64,000 nt of DNA from an uncultured Gammaproteobacteria bacterium (GTDB taxonomy: Bacteria > Cyanobacteriota > Vampirovibrionia > LMEP-6097): assembly GCA_964551925.1 (NCBI GenBank), contig CAZKFA010000001.1, positions 16,281 through 80,280 of the forward strand. The letters run 5' to 3'. The notes under the pieces were generated by a model. That model saw only the letters and a list, made by a program, of their open reading frames with translations. It made no database searches and was not told the DNA's origin. The first letter of the stretch is position 1, and each line of letters opens with the position of its first letter. The position numbers and the translations under genes are program-made. Shown here piece after piece: positions 18,729 to 28,968 of the stretch.

Positions 18729-20645
18729 TTGATTTATATGGATTTGCTTGATAATAATCTTGTTATTCTACCTAAGCAGGATTTTTGTTCTAAAGCTAAT
18801 TTACAACAAGAGCAATATCTGGCTCTTAAGGATTTATTTGAAATAGATCCTGAGAAGTTTTGGCGAAGTCTTGCGACATCAGAATTATTATGGTCTAAAC
18901 AATTTACTAAGATCTTTAACTATAAGGATAAGCCTTTCTTTGAGTGGTTTGCTGATGGTCAGATCAATATATCTTATAATTGTATTGATCGTCATCTGCA
19001 AGAGCGTGGAGCTAAAACTGCAATTATATTTGAAGATGAGCGTGGTAATAATCAATCACTGAGCTATTTTGAATTACATAAGCAAGTTTGTCGGACTGCT
19101 AATATGCTTAAGAACCTAGGCGTAGTGAAGGGTGATGTAGTTTGTATTTATTTGCCATTATGCCCAGAGGCTATTGTTGCTATGCATGCCTGTAATCGAA
19201 TAGGAGCTATTCATACAGTGGTCTTTGCAGGTTTCTCAGCTCAAGCTCTTGAAGATCGGATTCTTGACTGTCAAGCAAAGATTGTGATTACCGCTAATGG
19301 GTTTATTCGTAAAAACAATATAGTGCCTCTACTAGAGACTGTGCTTAAAGCTTGTCAGGGACTTGAGCTTGTTAGCAATATTGTTTCCCTAAAGAAGATT
19401 CCTGATCTTGATGTCCCACTTGATCCTCGTATTCAATGTTGGCAAGAATTACTGGGTGAAGCAGAAGATGATTGTGATCCTGAACTAAATAATTCTGAAG
19501 ATCCTAGTTTTATTCTTTATACAAGTGGTAGTACCGGTAAGCCTAAGGGTATCAAGCACAGTACCGCAGGCTATCTATTATGGGCGCATTTGACTAGCAA
19601 GTGGGTTTTTGACTTAAGTCAAAAAGATATTTTCTGGTGTACGGCGGACATCGGCTGGATCACAGGGCACAGCTACGTTGCTTATGGACCTTTATCAAAC
19701 GGCGCCACTATATTTATTTATGAAGGTGCTCCAGATATACCAGATCAATCTAGATTCTGGTCATTAATTGACAAATATAAAATTACAATTTTCTATACAG
19801 CACCAACAGCGATCAGAACCTTTATGCAGTGGGGTTTGGAGCATGTTAAAAATTATAGTCTTAAGAGCTTGAGGTTGCTTGGTAGTGTTGGTGAGCCAAT
19901 TAATCCTACTGCTTGGTTGTGGTTCTATGAACATATAGGTAAGTCTCGCTGTCCCATTGTTGATACCTGGTGGCAGACAGAGACTGGTGCTATTGTTGTT
20001 ACGACGCTGCCGGGGATTCATGCTATGAAACCAGGCTCTGCTGGACTGGCTTTGCCGGGAGTTACTGTGAATGTTAATCCTGAAGGACTGTTGTATATCC
20101 AAGATCCTATTCCATCTATGGCAAGAACTATTCATAATGATGATAGTCGTTATGTCGAAACTTATTGGTCACAAATTCCTGGGCATTATACTGCTGGTGA
20201 TGCTGCGACTAAAGATTCTAATGGTTATATCACTATCTCTGGTAGAGTCGATGATGTGATTAATGTATCTGGTCATAGACTTGGTACGGCTGAAATCGAG
20301 TCAGCACTTGTGTCTCATGATTTAGTCTCTGAGGCTGCCGTGGTTGCTATACCTCATGAGATCAAGGGAGAAGCTGTCGTTGCCTTCGTTGTTACTAATA
20401 CTAATGAACTGCCTAGTGATATTGAAGAAATATTAAAAGACCAAGTAAAACAAAGCATAGGGGCGCTCGCGAGACCTGAGCAAATAATTATTTGTAAGGG
20501 TCTGCCTAAAACCCGCTCTGGTAAAATAGTACGTCGCTTGCTTAAAGATATTGCCTTGGGCAAAGAGCCTAGAGGAGATATTAGTACATTAGAGAATAAG
20601 AGTATTTTGGAAGAAATTTATAAAGCCTTAGAAAACAATCTATGA
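18729..20645 (+). CDS. acs: Acetyl-CoA synthetase (acetate--CoA ligase)
   Basis: 638 aa; AMP-binding 'YTSGSTGKPKG', 'WWQTETG', C-terminal 'PKTRSGKIVRRLL'. Confidence 0.9.
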   Translation: MIYMDLLDNNLVILPKQDFCSKANLQQEQYLALKDLFEIDPEKFWRSLATSELLWSKQFTKIFNYKDKPFFEWFADGQINISYNCIDRHLQERGAKTAIIFEDERGNNQSLSYFELHKQVCRTANMLKNLGVVKGDVVCIYLPLCPEAIVAMHACNRIGAIHTVVFAGFSAQALEDRILDCQAKIVITANGFIRKNNIVPLLETVLKACQGLELVSNIVSLKKIPDLDVPLDPRIQCWQELLGEAEDDCDPELNNSEDPSFILYTSGSTGKPKGIKHSTAGYLLWAHLTSKWVFDLSQKDIFWCTADIGWITGHSYVAYGPLSNGATIFIYEGAPDIPDQSRFWSLIDKYKITIFYTAPTAIRTFMQWGLEHVKNYSLKSLRLLGSVGEPINPTAWLWFYEHIGKSRCPIVDTWWQTETGAIVVTTLPGIHAMKPGSAGLALPGVTVNVNPEGLLYIQDPIPSMARTIHNDDSRYVETYWSQIPGHYTAGDAATKDSNGYITISGRVDDVINVSGHRLGTAEIESALVSHDLVSEAAVVAIPHEIKGEAVVAFVVTNTNELPSDIEEILKDQVKQSIGALARPEQIIICKGLPKTRSGKIVRRLLKDIALGKEPRGDISTLENKSILEEIYKALENNL

Positions 20646-21988
20646 GCGCCTTCGCGCTGTAAGTAAGCATCAAAACAACTTGCAATGTTACGCACAAAGA
20701 ACCTGCCAAGTTCAGTAACTTGTAATATCAAAGTATCATTAGTCTCACTAATATCAAGCAAAGCATCATCAACAAAGCATTGTAATAAAGCAAGCTCTTG
20801 AGCAAAATGTTTCTTATTAATCTCAACGTAGTTGTTGCACATAATTTGCTTAATCACCTCACGGCGTAGCTGATCATCAACACTAGAAATCTTGAATTTT
20901 TCCGCTTGCAAAAAATCATCATAGTAATCATTTAATTTCTTCGGGCTCTGCTTATAGACACCTTGGACATCAGAGATAGAAGTAATCCCAAAGCCAAACA
21001 AATCAATACCAGAGTGCGTGGTATAGCCCTGAAAATTACGATAAAGTGTTTTGCTTTTTTGCGCCAAGCTGAGGCTGTCATTGGGCTTAGCGAAGTGATC
21101 TAAGCCTATAAAATCATAACCAAAGTTACAAAACTCATCAACTGCTTTATCGAAAATTGCAAGCTTGGTCTTTTGATCAGGTAAGCTGTCATCTTTGATA
21201 TATTTACGCTGAAAAGGGAGCAGGCTTGGTAAGTGAGCATAGTTGAATAAAGCTATGCGTTCTGGGTTTAATTGTTTTATATCTTCAATGGTGCTGGTAA
21301 ATGTTTCTAAAGTTTGAAAAGGCAAGCCATAAATTAGATCAAAGTTAATACTGGTGAAACCTATATCACGAGCGCTTTGTACTAAGCTTGCGACCGAATC
21401 ATAACTTTGGATACGATTAATAGCCTCTTGAGTTTGTGGATTGAAATCCTGAATGCCCATACTTAAGCGATTGAAGCCTAGTTCATGAAGAACCTCTAAG
21501 TGCTCTCGGTGAGTGACTCTGGGATCTATTTCAATAGCATATTCATGCCTTGCATCTGGGAGCTTTTCAAAGGGACTCTGCTTTTGATACAAACCAAAAT
21601 TCTCTCTGATACAAGAATATAAATCATCTATCTGTTCTGGTGTCAGGAAAGTTGGCGTACCGCCACCCCAAGCCATTTGTACAACTTTACGTTCAGGATT
21701 AATTAATTGTCCGTAGTACTCTAATTCTCTTTTGAGTTGATCTAAATATTTCTGCTCAATGCCATGCTCTGGACTAATAACCACATTACAAGCACAGTAA
21801 TAACACTGAGCCTCACAAAAAGGAATATGAAGATATAAAGAATAATCCTGCTGGCTTAAATTAGAACGCTTAATAGCATCATGAAAAATATCCAAATCAA
21901 ATTTGTCTTTCCATTCTGGGGCAGTTGGATAACTGGTGTAACGGGGTACAGCCTGTCCATATTTGTTGATTAGAGAGTTTAAGCTCAT
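20618..21988 (-). CDS. hemN: Oxygen-independent coproporphyrinogen III dehydrogenase (radical SAM)
   Basis: 456 aa; 'PRYTSYPTA', 'CEAQCYYCACN' radical SAM CxxxCxxC, 'WGGGTPT'; aligns along its length with E. coli HemN. Confidence 0.85.
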   Translation of the reverse strand: MSLNSLINKYGQAVPRYTSYPTAPEWKDKFDLDIFHDAIKRSNLSQQDYSLYLHIPFCEAQCYYCACNVVISPEHGIEQKYLDQLKRELEYYGQLINPERKVVQMAWGGGTPTFLTPEQIDDLYSCIRENFGLYQKQSPFEKLPDARHEYAIEIDPRVTHREHLEVLHELGFNRLSMGIQDFNPQTQEAINRIQSYDSVASLVQSARDIGFTSINFDLIYGLPFQTLETFTSTIEDIKQLNPERIALFNYAHLPSLLPFQRKYIKDDSLPDQKTKLAIFDKAVDEFCNFGYDFIGLDHFAKPNDSLSLAQKSKTLYRNFQGYTTHSGIDLFGFGITSISDVQGVYKQSPKKLNDYYDDFLQAEKFKISSVDDQLRREVIKQIMCNNYVEINKKHFAQELALLQCFVDDALLDISETNDTLILQVTELGRFFVRNIASCFDAYLQREGAHRLFSKAL

Positions 21989-22033
21989 CTATTATAATTT
22001 TAGCAGACTAGTATAGTAAACCAAAGTAGCTTC

Positions 22034-23146
22034 TCAATTCGTTTCTGCCTTACTATACACTGTATAATAATCTGCTACTAACATTAAAGATCCAGTGATA
22101 ATAACTAAATCATCAGCTATTCTAAGTCTCTCAGCTAACTCAAAGGCAGAACTACTGTTCTTGGTTGCATGGATATTAACTAGCCCTTGTATCTGAAGCT
22201 CTGAGATCAAATCCTTGGCTTTAGTTGAGCGGTTGGAATTTAATTCTGTGCAAATAACTATATCTCTATCCTTCTTAATGAGATTATGAAATAAAGCGGC
22301 TAAGCATCGTTTGTAGTCTTTATCTAGAAAGGCAAGAACAAAGATTTTTCTTGATTGTTTGTTTAAGGATTGTAGATATTGATTTAACTTAAACATACCA
22401 GGCTCATTGTGAGCGCCGTCAATCAGAATATTGGAGTGATAAACATAGCGCCCTTTGTATCTGTCGGGGAATTGTTCTAAGGCTCTGCTACTAAGTTCCT
22501 TCCCAACCTCTATTCCAGAGAGCTTTGTGAAGATATCTGTTGCTAGTAAAAAATTTTCTCCGCTACTTGAGTTAGGGTTGTTGTTATTAGGTTTCCCTTC
22601 AAAATGTACTACCCCCTCTCGTTTGATAGCTTCCTTTTCTTTACGAATTAGTTCTATAGTATTACCGAGATATTGCATATGATCTAATCCAATATTGGTA
22701 ATAACTGTGGCTAATCGATTTCTACTTGCAATCGTGTTCGTGGCATCCCATCTGCCGCCCATACCTACTTCAAGAATGGCAATGTCAATCTTATGGCGTT
22801 TGAAATATTCAAAAGCGATTATTGTTTGTAATTCAAACTCTGTTAGTGACAGTGCTTGAAGCGCCGGGTTCTGTGATAGCTCCTGAGATAACTTAATTAG
22901 CTCTTCATCACTAATATCTTGTCCATTAATGGCAAATCTCTCGTTGAGCTTGATTAAGTGTGGGCTACTGTACTTGCCTATTTTATAATTTAGTCCTGAG
23001 TTTAGATACAGTAACTCCAGGAATGTACAAGTAGAACCTTTGCCATTAGTACCAGCAACAATTATTGACTGATAGCAATTCTGTGGACTGCCTAATAATT
23101 CAAGAGCCTTTGAGACAGCGTCAAGACTAGGATTGATCTGAGTCAT
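22034..23146 (-). CDS. folC: Bifunctional folylpolyglutamate synthase / dihydrofolate synthase
   Basis: 'IIVAGTNGKGSTCTFLE' P-loop of the Mur-ligase family; 370 aa. Confidence 0.85.
   Translation of the reverse strand: MTQINPSLDAVSKALELLGSPQNCYQSIIVAGTNGKGSTCTFLELLYLNSGLNYKIGKYSSPHLIKLNERFAINGQDISDEELIKLSQELSQNPALQALSLTEFELQTIIAFEYFKRHKIDIAILEVGMGGRWDATNTIASRNRLATVITNIGLDHMQYLGNTIELIRKEKEAIKREGVVHFEGKPNNNNPNSSSGENFLLATDIFTKLSGIEVGKELSSRALEQFPDRYKGRYVYHSNILIDGAHNEPGMFKLNQYLQSLNKQSRKIFVLAFLDKDYKRCLAALFHNLIKKDRDIVICTELNSNRSTKAKDLISELQIQGLVNIHATKNSSSAFELAERLRIADDLVIITGSLMLVADYYTVYSKAETN
22050..22070. repeat. Iterated palindrome copy TTACTATACACTGTATAATAA in the folC-stop / hemN-start gap
   Basis: Read directly; one mismatch from perfect dyad symmetry. 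Confidence 0.7.
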
Positions 23147-24830
23147 TGGTTGTTTCTTGTGCTTTTACAACCACTGCTTCTTTCCTTGGAGCATCACTCT
23201 CTACCAGATGAGTATTAGAGAAGGTTTTGCTGCTTGTTAAGTTGTCAGTTTTGTTTTCAGCATCAGGAGTTTTTGCTTGTTCTTCATTGTTAGGGAATGG
23301 ACCGCGACGTTGATTATTATTTCTATTATTGTAACGATTTGGTCTATTGCGATTATTGTTACGTCTATCACCGCCACGATCTTGTCTATCATTGCGTTCT
23401 GGTCTATCGCCGCGATCTTGTCTATCATTGCGCTCTGGTCTATCGCCACGATCTTGTCTATCATTTCGCTCTGGTCTATCGCTACGATCTTGTCTATCAT
23501 TGCGCTCTGGTCTATCGCTACGATCTTGTCTATCATTGCGCTCTGGTCTATCACCACGATCTTGTCTGTCATTACGCTGGAAGCTTCTGTTGTGATTGTT
23601 TGGTCTGCGCTGTCCTTGTGAACGATGAGAATCATCATGCTTTAGGTTGAACAGTAAGCCAGTACCGCTACAGTGCTGACAACTCGTTCCAAAAATTTCT
23701 GATAAAGATTGCCCTGAGCGTTTGCGAGTAATTTCTGCTAGACACAGATCAGACAACTGTCCAACTTGTGGTTTAGCTTTGTCAGAGCGCACCGCTGCTT
23801 CAAGTGTTTCCATTACGACAATACGATCAGCTCTTTCTGCCATATCAATAAAGTCGATAATTATCATTCCACCAATGTTACGTAAACGCATTTGGCGAGC
23901 TATTTCTACAGCTGCTTCCATATTTGTACGTCTTACAGTTTCGCGTAAGGTTGTACTACTGGTGAATTTACCTGAGTTAATATCGATTGCAGTTAAAGCT
24001 TCCATTCCTTGGATAACGATATAACCACCACTTGGTAGGTTAACTCTGTTAGAAAGGCAGTTGCGCAATTCTTTAAGAACGTCAGTGCGAACCAAAATTT
24101 CGTTATTATCTACGTGAGAAATAGTTACTTCTCTACCAGTCCAGCTCTTAAGGAACTCTTGGCAACGGTATTTTGATTGCATGCTACCCACAACTATCTC
24201 GTCGATTGAGCTATTGAAATAGTCGCGCAAAGTTGTATACAAGAAATCTTGTTCTTTATAAACAGGACCACAATGCTCACTGCGTTCATATTTATCTACA
24301 GTATTTTTCCACTTCTCCCAGATGCCCAAGAAGTCTTCTTCAAGCTCCTCTTGACTGCGTCCTGAAGCTTCTGTTCTGATAACAACACCAAGTTCTTCTG
24401 GTTTCATTAGATTAGTGATTGAGCGTAAACGATCACGCTCCGCATTCTCTTGAATTCTTCTGCTGATAGCAATTGTGTTGTTATCAGTGGTTAGTACATA
24501 GTATCTGCCTGGTACGCTGATCGCTAGATTAACTCTAGGACCTTTGTTACCTGTTGGTTCTTTTACGATTTGTACTAGTAGTCTCTGACCGGGTTTTAGC
24601 CTTTCGTAGAGTGTGCCGCGTCCTGGGATATCGTTGGCATGTAAGAATCCCATTTGACCTTCTTCGAGTCTGACGAAGACTGCATTAATTGAAGGCATGA
24701 TATTTTCAACTTGTACTGAATAAATATCTCCTACGCTGTAATCGTTCCTTGAAATGATGAAGTCTAGTGCCTTACCATCTTCAATCAAAGCTCCTATATT
24801 GTCTTGTTCTGAAATAACTAATTGTCGCAT
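23127..24830 (-). CDS. rne: Ribonuclease E/G-family endoribonuclease with an Arg-rich repetitive C-terminal tail
   Basis: S1 and catalytic core ('MRQLVISEQDNIGALIEDG...', 'GGMIIIDFIDM', 'SDLCLAEITRKR'); C-terminus has 6-7 copies of 'DRPERNDRQDRG/S'. Confidence 0.8.
   Translation of the reverse strand: MRQLVISEQDNIGALIEDGKALDFIISRNDYSVGDIYSVQVENIMPSINAVFVRLEEGQMGFLHANDIPGRGTLYERLKPGQRLLVQIVKEPTGNKGPRVNLAISVPGRYYVLTTDNNTIAISRRIQENAERDRLRSITNLMKPEELGVVIRTEASGRSQEELEEDFLGIWEKWKNTVDKYERSEHCGPVYKEQDFLYTTLRDYFNSSIDEIVVGSMQSKYRCQEFLKSWTGREVTISHVDNNEILVRTDVLKELRNCLSNRVNLPSGGYIVIQGMEALTAIDINSGKFTSSTTLRETVRRTNMEAAVEIARQMRLRNIGGMIIIDFIDMAERADRIVVMETLEAAVRSDKAKPQVGQLSDLCLAEITRKRSGQSLSEIFGTSCQHCSGTGLLFNLKHDDSHRSQGQRRPNNHNRSFQRNDRQDRGDRPERNDRQDRSDRPERNDRQDRSDRPERNDRQDRGDRPERNDRQDRGDRPERNDRQDRGGDRRNNNRNRPNRYNNRNNNQRRGPFPNNEEQAKTPDAENKTDNLTSSKTFSNTHLVESDAPRKEAVVVKAQETTNDSDQS
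23340..23580. repeat. 36-bp in-frame tandem DNA repeat (about 6 full copies, unit tctggtctatcgccacgatcttgtctatcattgcgc) encoding the RNase E Arg-rich repeats
   Basis: Read directly; contiguous copies with no spacers, phased with the rne frame. Confidence 0.85.
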
Positions 24831-24868
24831 TTTATAATTCTCCTAATTGTGTCACGAAAGCTGTTTAG

Positions 24869-27643
24869 CTAGTGCGTTTGCGCAGCTAACACTGTTGAGG
24901 TTTTTGAAATTTGCCAAAACTTTTGAGGCATTAAAGCATTTAAAACTTCATCTGGTCTTTGAGTACCATTTAGAGTCATTTCAACTAAATCCGGTTCTAA
25001 AAATTTCATTCTTATAATCTGATCCCGAATATTCTTGACACTTGCTTTGCCTTTGCTTGATTTGGTAATTTCTATTGTTGTTTGAGTAAGGAACTCATCA
25101 ATTCGCTCTTGACTTAATTGTATTAGTTTAGAATCATTTGCAAATATTTGACTTGGACCGCATGAGGGCTTGTTAAAACTTATTAACTTAGCTTGAAAAT
25201 TGGTTTCAAGTACATGGTTGATTGACGAGTACGTCTCAACAACGTCTACCACTTCTGTGATTCTAGCTTGTTTTGGCAATTCTTTGTTTAAAATTTCTTT
25301 TAATGTCTCTAAATTAACAAAAACTTCAGCTAGTTCTAATATTATATATTCCCCAAAACTCTCAATAAATAACCCTAATGCTGGTCCCCAGCTTATTTTA
25401 ATTCGTTGATTGAAGCCATTTGTAAATACAACTGGAAGCCCAGAACGCCTTAGAGCATGCTCAAAAAGCCTCTGAAAATCAAGATGACTGATAAAACGCA
25501 AATCTCCAATCTTAGTGATTTTTAATCTTACTTTTTGTTTGGTTGCAGTATTCTTGCCTACGGGCTCTGGGCTAACCTTAGGAATGGCGATATTGATATC
25601 TTGATCTCGTCCTTTGATTATATCTTCTTGGTTAAGACTGCTCGCGCAAATAATTTGTCTTTTATCTCGGCTGATTTCATCAACAAAAGGATTATGATCA
25701 GACAGATCTTTACTGACTAAATTTTTGACGTCAAGATTAAAGCAAACTCCACAGGCATGACATTTATTTTCTGTGCAAGCCAGAGTTTCTTTCATATCAA
25801 TAGCGGCTTGCCATTCCCGCACTAAGAACTCATCAGTGAATCCAATACTTAATACATCCCATGGTTGTTTAGAACCAGGTTCTCTGTGGCGCATTGCTTC
25901 ATGATCTAAATCTAAATTAAATTTAGCCGCTGACTCTTTCCATCGATTGATATCGAAGTGTTCATTCCATGACTGTAATCGGCTCCCAGATTGCCAAAGA
26001 TCGAGTAGTACTTTTGACCAACTGCGATCTGCTCTTGAAAGTACACTCTCGATCAAAGCTAATTCTGGTTCAGTACAGTTTAATTTGACTGCGCGAGTAA
26101 GTCCGCGTTCTCTTAATCCATCTTTAAGATATTTTTGTTTGCGCTTGAATTCTTCTACACTGCATTGACTAAACCACTGGAAAGCAGTGAAAGTTTTTGG
26201 TATAAAAGTCGAAATGGTGCAAGTGATATCAAGTGGCTTTAAATGCAATTCTGGATTGAGTTTGCGGCTTTGCTTTGACATGTTGATTGCCCAAGAAAGT
26301 ATATCCAAGATACCATCAAGATCAGAATCTTCCTCAAAAGGTAAGCCAATCATAAAATATAACTTGATATGAGACCAACCAGTTTCGTAACTACCTTTGA
26401 TTGTTTTGTGGATTTGTTCTTGATTCAGACCTTTATTGATGATTTTACGCATGCGCTCTGTACCAGCTTCTGGAGCAAAGGTCATGCCTGATTTGCGAGT
26501 CTGACTGATCTCTGCTGCTAAGCCAAGATTAAAACGATCTACTCGTTGTGATGGCATCGAAAGTGAGACACCATTTTGAGAGTGTACTTCATTAATGGCC
26601 TTGGCTGTTTCGGTTAAGCAAGTATAGTCACTAGCGGATAACGACAATAGAGTAAAATCTTCGTAGCCCGATTTGCGAGCAGATTCTTCACTGAGGCGCA
26701 ATAGATCTTCTGGACTGCGCTCTCTGACAGGTAAGTAAGTGTATCCTACTTGGCAGAAACGACAGCCTCTGTCGCAACCACGACGAATTTCTAATACTTG
26801 TTTGTCTTGGACTGTTTTTATATTAGGAATAGGACCACTCACTGGTTGGTTGAAGTCTGTAAGATTTTGAGTAACGCGTTTGAGTACAGGAAATGGTACT
26901 GCGGTAATTGGCTTCGGGATGCCGTCGACATCAGGTTTATAAAACCTTGGCACGTATATCCCTTGTAGCTGTGCTAAATCAAATAAAATCTTCTCGCGTA
27001 ATTCTTGGGATAACTGAGCTTTAAGTGGATAATTTTTTAGGCTAGAAGTATCATTAACATTGAGTTCTGGGTGAGCCCTCAGAAATTGGCGTTTGGACTC
27101 TAACATAGAGTCTTGCACTTCTGTAATTAATTCTTCGCCATCACCAATAATATAGAAATCAAAAAACTCAGCCATTGGTTCAGGATTGAATACCGCTGGA
27201 CCACCAGCGAAAATCAATGGAGAAGAGTGATCGCGATCTTTGGAGTAAAAAGGGATCTTTGGTAAATCCAAAATAGTAAAAATATTTATATAACAAAGTT
27301 CATAAGCTAAAGAGAAGCCAAGTAAATCAAAATCATTTAATGAGCGATTAGATTCCCAACCCCAAAGTGGCAGATCCTGATCGCGTAGAAGCTGCTCCAT
27401 GTCTGACATTGGGGCATAAGCCCTATCACACAAATAATCAGGGTGTTGATTGACAATGTTATAAAGAATCTTTAGTCCAAAGTTTGACATGCCTAGCTCA
27501 TAGAGATCAGGGTAGATTAATGCCATGCGTGACTTGGCTGAATCCCAGTCCTTGTGATAGGTACCATGCTCGTTACCAAGATATTGACCGGGCTTCTCGA
27601 CTTGTGGTAGTAATTCTGTTCTTAGTTTTTCGAGGATAGACAT
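24869..27643 (-). CDS. B12-binding-domain radical SAM protein (TIGR03960-like) fused to a DUF2344/TIGR03936-like C-terminal domain
   Basis: 924 aa; N-terminus 'PGQYLGNEHGTYHKDWDSAKSRMALIYPDLYELGMSNFGLKILY', radical SAM core 'RGCDRGCRFCQVGY'; immediately upstream of rne on the same strand, a known conserved linkage for this family. Confidence 0.7.
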   Translation of the reverse strand: MSILEKLRTELLPQVEKPGQYLGNEHGTYHKDWDSAKSRMALIYPDLYELGMSNFGLKILYNIVNQHPDYLCDRAYAPMSDMEQLLRDQDLPLWGWESNRSLNDFDLLGFSLAYELCYINIFTILDLPKIPFYSKDRDHSSPLIFAGGPAVFNPEPMAEFFDFYIIGDGEELITEVQDSMLESKRQFLRAHPELNVNDTSSLKNYPLKAQLSQELREKILFDLAQLQGIYVPRFYKPDVDGIPKPITAVPFPVLKRVTQNLTDFNQPVSGPIPNIKTVQDKQVLEIRRGCDRGCRFCQVGYTYLPVRERSPEDLLRLSEESARKSGYEDFTLLSLSASDYTCLTETAKAINEVHSQNGVSLSMPSQRVDRFNLGLAAEISQTRKSGMTFAPEAGTERMRKIINKGLNQEQIHKTIKGSYETGWSHIKLYFMIGLPFEEDSDLDGILDILSWAINMSKQSRKLNPELHLKPLDITCTISTFIPKTFTAFQWFSQCSVEEFKRKQKYLKDGLRERGLTRAVKLNCTEPELALIESVLSRADRSWSKVLLDLWQSGSRLQSWNEHFDINRWKESAAKFNLDLDHEAMRHREPGSKQPWDVLSIGFTDEFLVREWQAAIDMKETLACTENKCHACGVCFNLDVKNLVSKDLSDHNPFVDEISRDKRQIICASSLNQEDIIKGRDQDINIAIPKVSPEPVGKNTATKQKVRLKITKIGDLRFISHLDFQRLFEHALRRSGLPVVFTNGFNQRIKISWGPALGLFIESFGEYIILELAEVFVNLETLKEILNKELPKQARITEVVDVVETYSSINHVLETNFQAKLISFNKPSCGPSQIFANDSKLIQLSQERIDEFLTQTTIEITKSSKGKASVKNIRDQIIRMKFLEPDLVEMTLNGTQRPDEVLNALMPQKFWQISKTSTVLAAQTH

Positions 27644-27780
27644 TTTGAAAATTCTAGAATCGTAGTGAAAAGCTCCCAGATGCTAGGCTTGCGAACATCG
27701 AGCCACCGGAGTTTACTACTCGTAAATGAGGATGGCGAGAGGTGAGTATAACGACGCAGATGGGACTTTGCGCTGCGATT

Positions 27781-28110
27781 CTATACTCTGACAGCGATAT
27801 CAACACCAGCTGGTAAATCTAAATCTTTAAGTGCAACGGTTGTTTCATGAGTTGGATCAAGTAAGTCGATTAAACGAGCGTGAGTTTTGATTTGAAAATG
27901 TTCACGAGACTTCTTGTCTACGTGTGGTGATCTTAGTACGCAATATCTGCGAATATTACTTGGCAAAGGAATTGGACCGCTAACTCTAGCACCAGTGCGT
28001 TCTGCGGCCTCGACGATTTGTTTAGCTGAAGCATCAAGATTTGCAGCATCATAACTTTTCAGTCTGATACGAATGCGGTTTTGTTGTTTTTTCTTTGTTT
28101 TAGTTGCCAT
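27781..28110 (-). CDS. rpsJ: 30S ribosomal protein S10
   Basis: 109 aa, 'IRIRLKSYD...[26 protein letters not shown]...[13 protein letters not shown]' is canonical S10. Confidence 0.95.
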   Translation of the reverse strand: MATKTKKKQQNRIRIRLKSYDAANLDASAKQIVEAAERTGARVSGPIPLPSNIRRYCVLRSPHVDKKSREHFQIKTHARLIDLLDPTHETTVALKDLDLPAGVDIAVRV

Positions 28111-28169
28111 ACGAGTTAATAATTATAACTAGAATCAGCATTCTTTGCAGTATTTAAGCCATTCACACA

Positions 28170-28204
28170 AAAGAATTAATTTTACAGTGTAAAATTAATT
28201 CTTT
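28170..28204. repeat. 35-bp perfect AT-rich palindrome AAAGAATTAATTTTACAGTGTAAAATTAATTCTTT overlapping the stop codon of the 28203-28943 gene; shares the ACAGTGT core of the iterated palindrome
   Basis: Read directly; 17-bp arms around a central G. Confidence 0.75.
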
Positions 28205-28943
28205 AGAAGTCTAAGTCCGAATCCCCATCATCTTCAAAGAAATTCTGATTTAAGTCAGGAATATTATCCCAAGGGACTCCCTCTTCTGGATCTTGAACTT
28301 CTGGCGTTTGTGGCGCATTTTGAGGGACTTTCTCGTATTTGGCGTAAGGATTATCAGTTGCCGGTTGATAATTTTGTGGAATTTTGGGGATAATGAAGTT
28401 AGGCTCTTGATAGAGTTTGGCGTCTGCGCGTAAATCTATAGGACAAGTGGCGTTATCTTTTTCCAATAATAGGCTAATGAAATGTGCTGATTTAATGTAG
28501 GTATTGCTGATGACCTCGTTGCGATTAAAATAGTAGATTTTGCGCACGAAATGTTTATCTTCGTGAATACGATCATAAGCATTAGCTGGATCGAAATCAG
28601 CAGCCATATTGTCGAGGCGACTTTCTTTTATGGTCTCAGCTTTGTAAGAGGTAAATTTTCCAACTTCGTTTATCCAATGTATTTCTTTTACTGTAGGTCC
28701 AAGTAGTTCATCTTGTTGTAACATTACTGCTACAAATACCTCACCATAAGGGATGTAAGTTACAACTTCGATTTGTGATTTGCCCCAAGGGCAATCGACC
28801 ATAGATTGAATGGTAAATTCTTCATTGATATGTAATGGTTGTTTAGTTTCTGATTCGGATTTTTTCTTTGACTTAAATATAGATAGAGCTTGCGCTGGGT
28901 TTGAGAAATATAAAAGAGTAGCCAATAGCAAAATACGTAGCAT
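28203..28943 (-). CDS. Hypothetical secreted protein (signal peptide, acidic C-terminus)
   Basis: N-terminus 'MLRILLLATLLYFSNPAQALS' signal peptide; C-terminus 'FEDDGDSDLDF'. Confidence 0.4.
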   Translation of the reverse strand: MLRILLLATLLYFSNPAQALSIFKSKKKSESETKQPLHINEEFTIQSMVDCPWGKSQIEVVTYIPYGEVFVAVMLQQDELLGPTVKEIHWINEVGKFTSYKAETIKESRLDNMAADFDPANAYDRIHEDKHFVRKIYYFNRNEVISNTYIKSAHFISLLLEKDNATCPIDLRADAKLYQEPNFIIPKIPQNYQPATDNPYAKYEKVPQNAPQTPEVQDPEEGVPWDNIPDLNQNFFEDDGDSDLDF

Positions 28944-28968
28944 TCACATTATTATACCAATGGCAAGT

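Noticed and set aside
23277-23650. Three plus-strand ORFs (114, 117 and 82 aa) with extremely repetitive translations
   Set aside because: They are antisense or out-of-frame readings of the 36-bp tandem repeats inside rne and are artefacts of the repeat.
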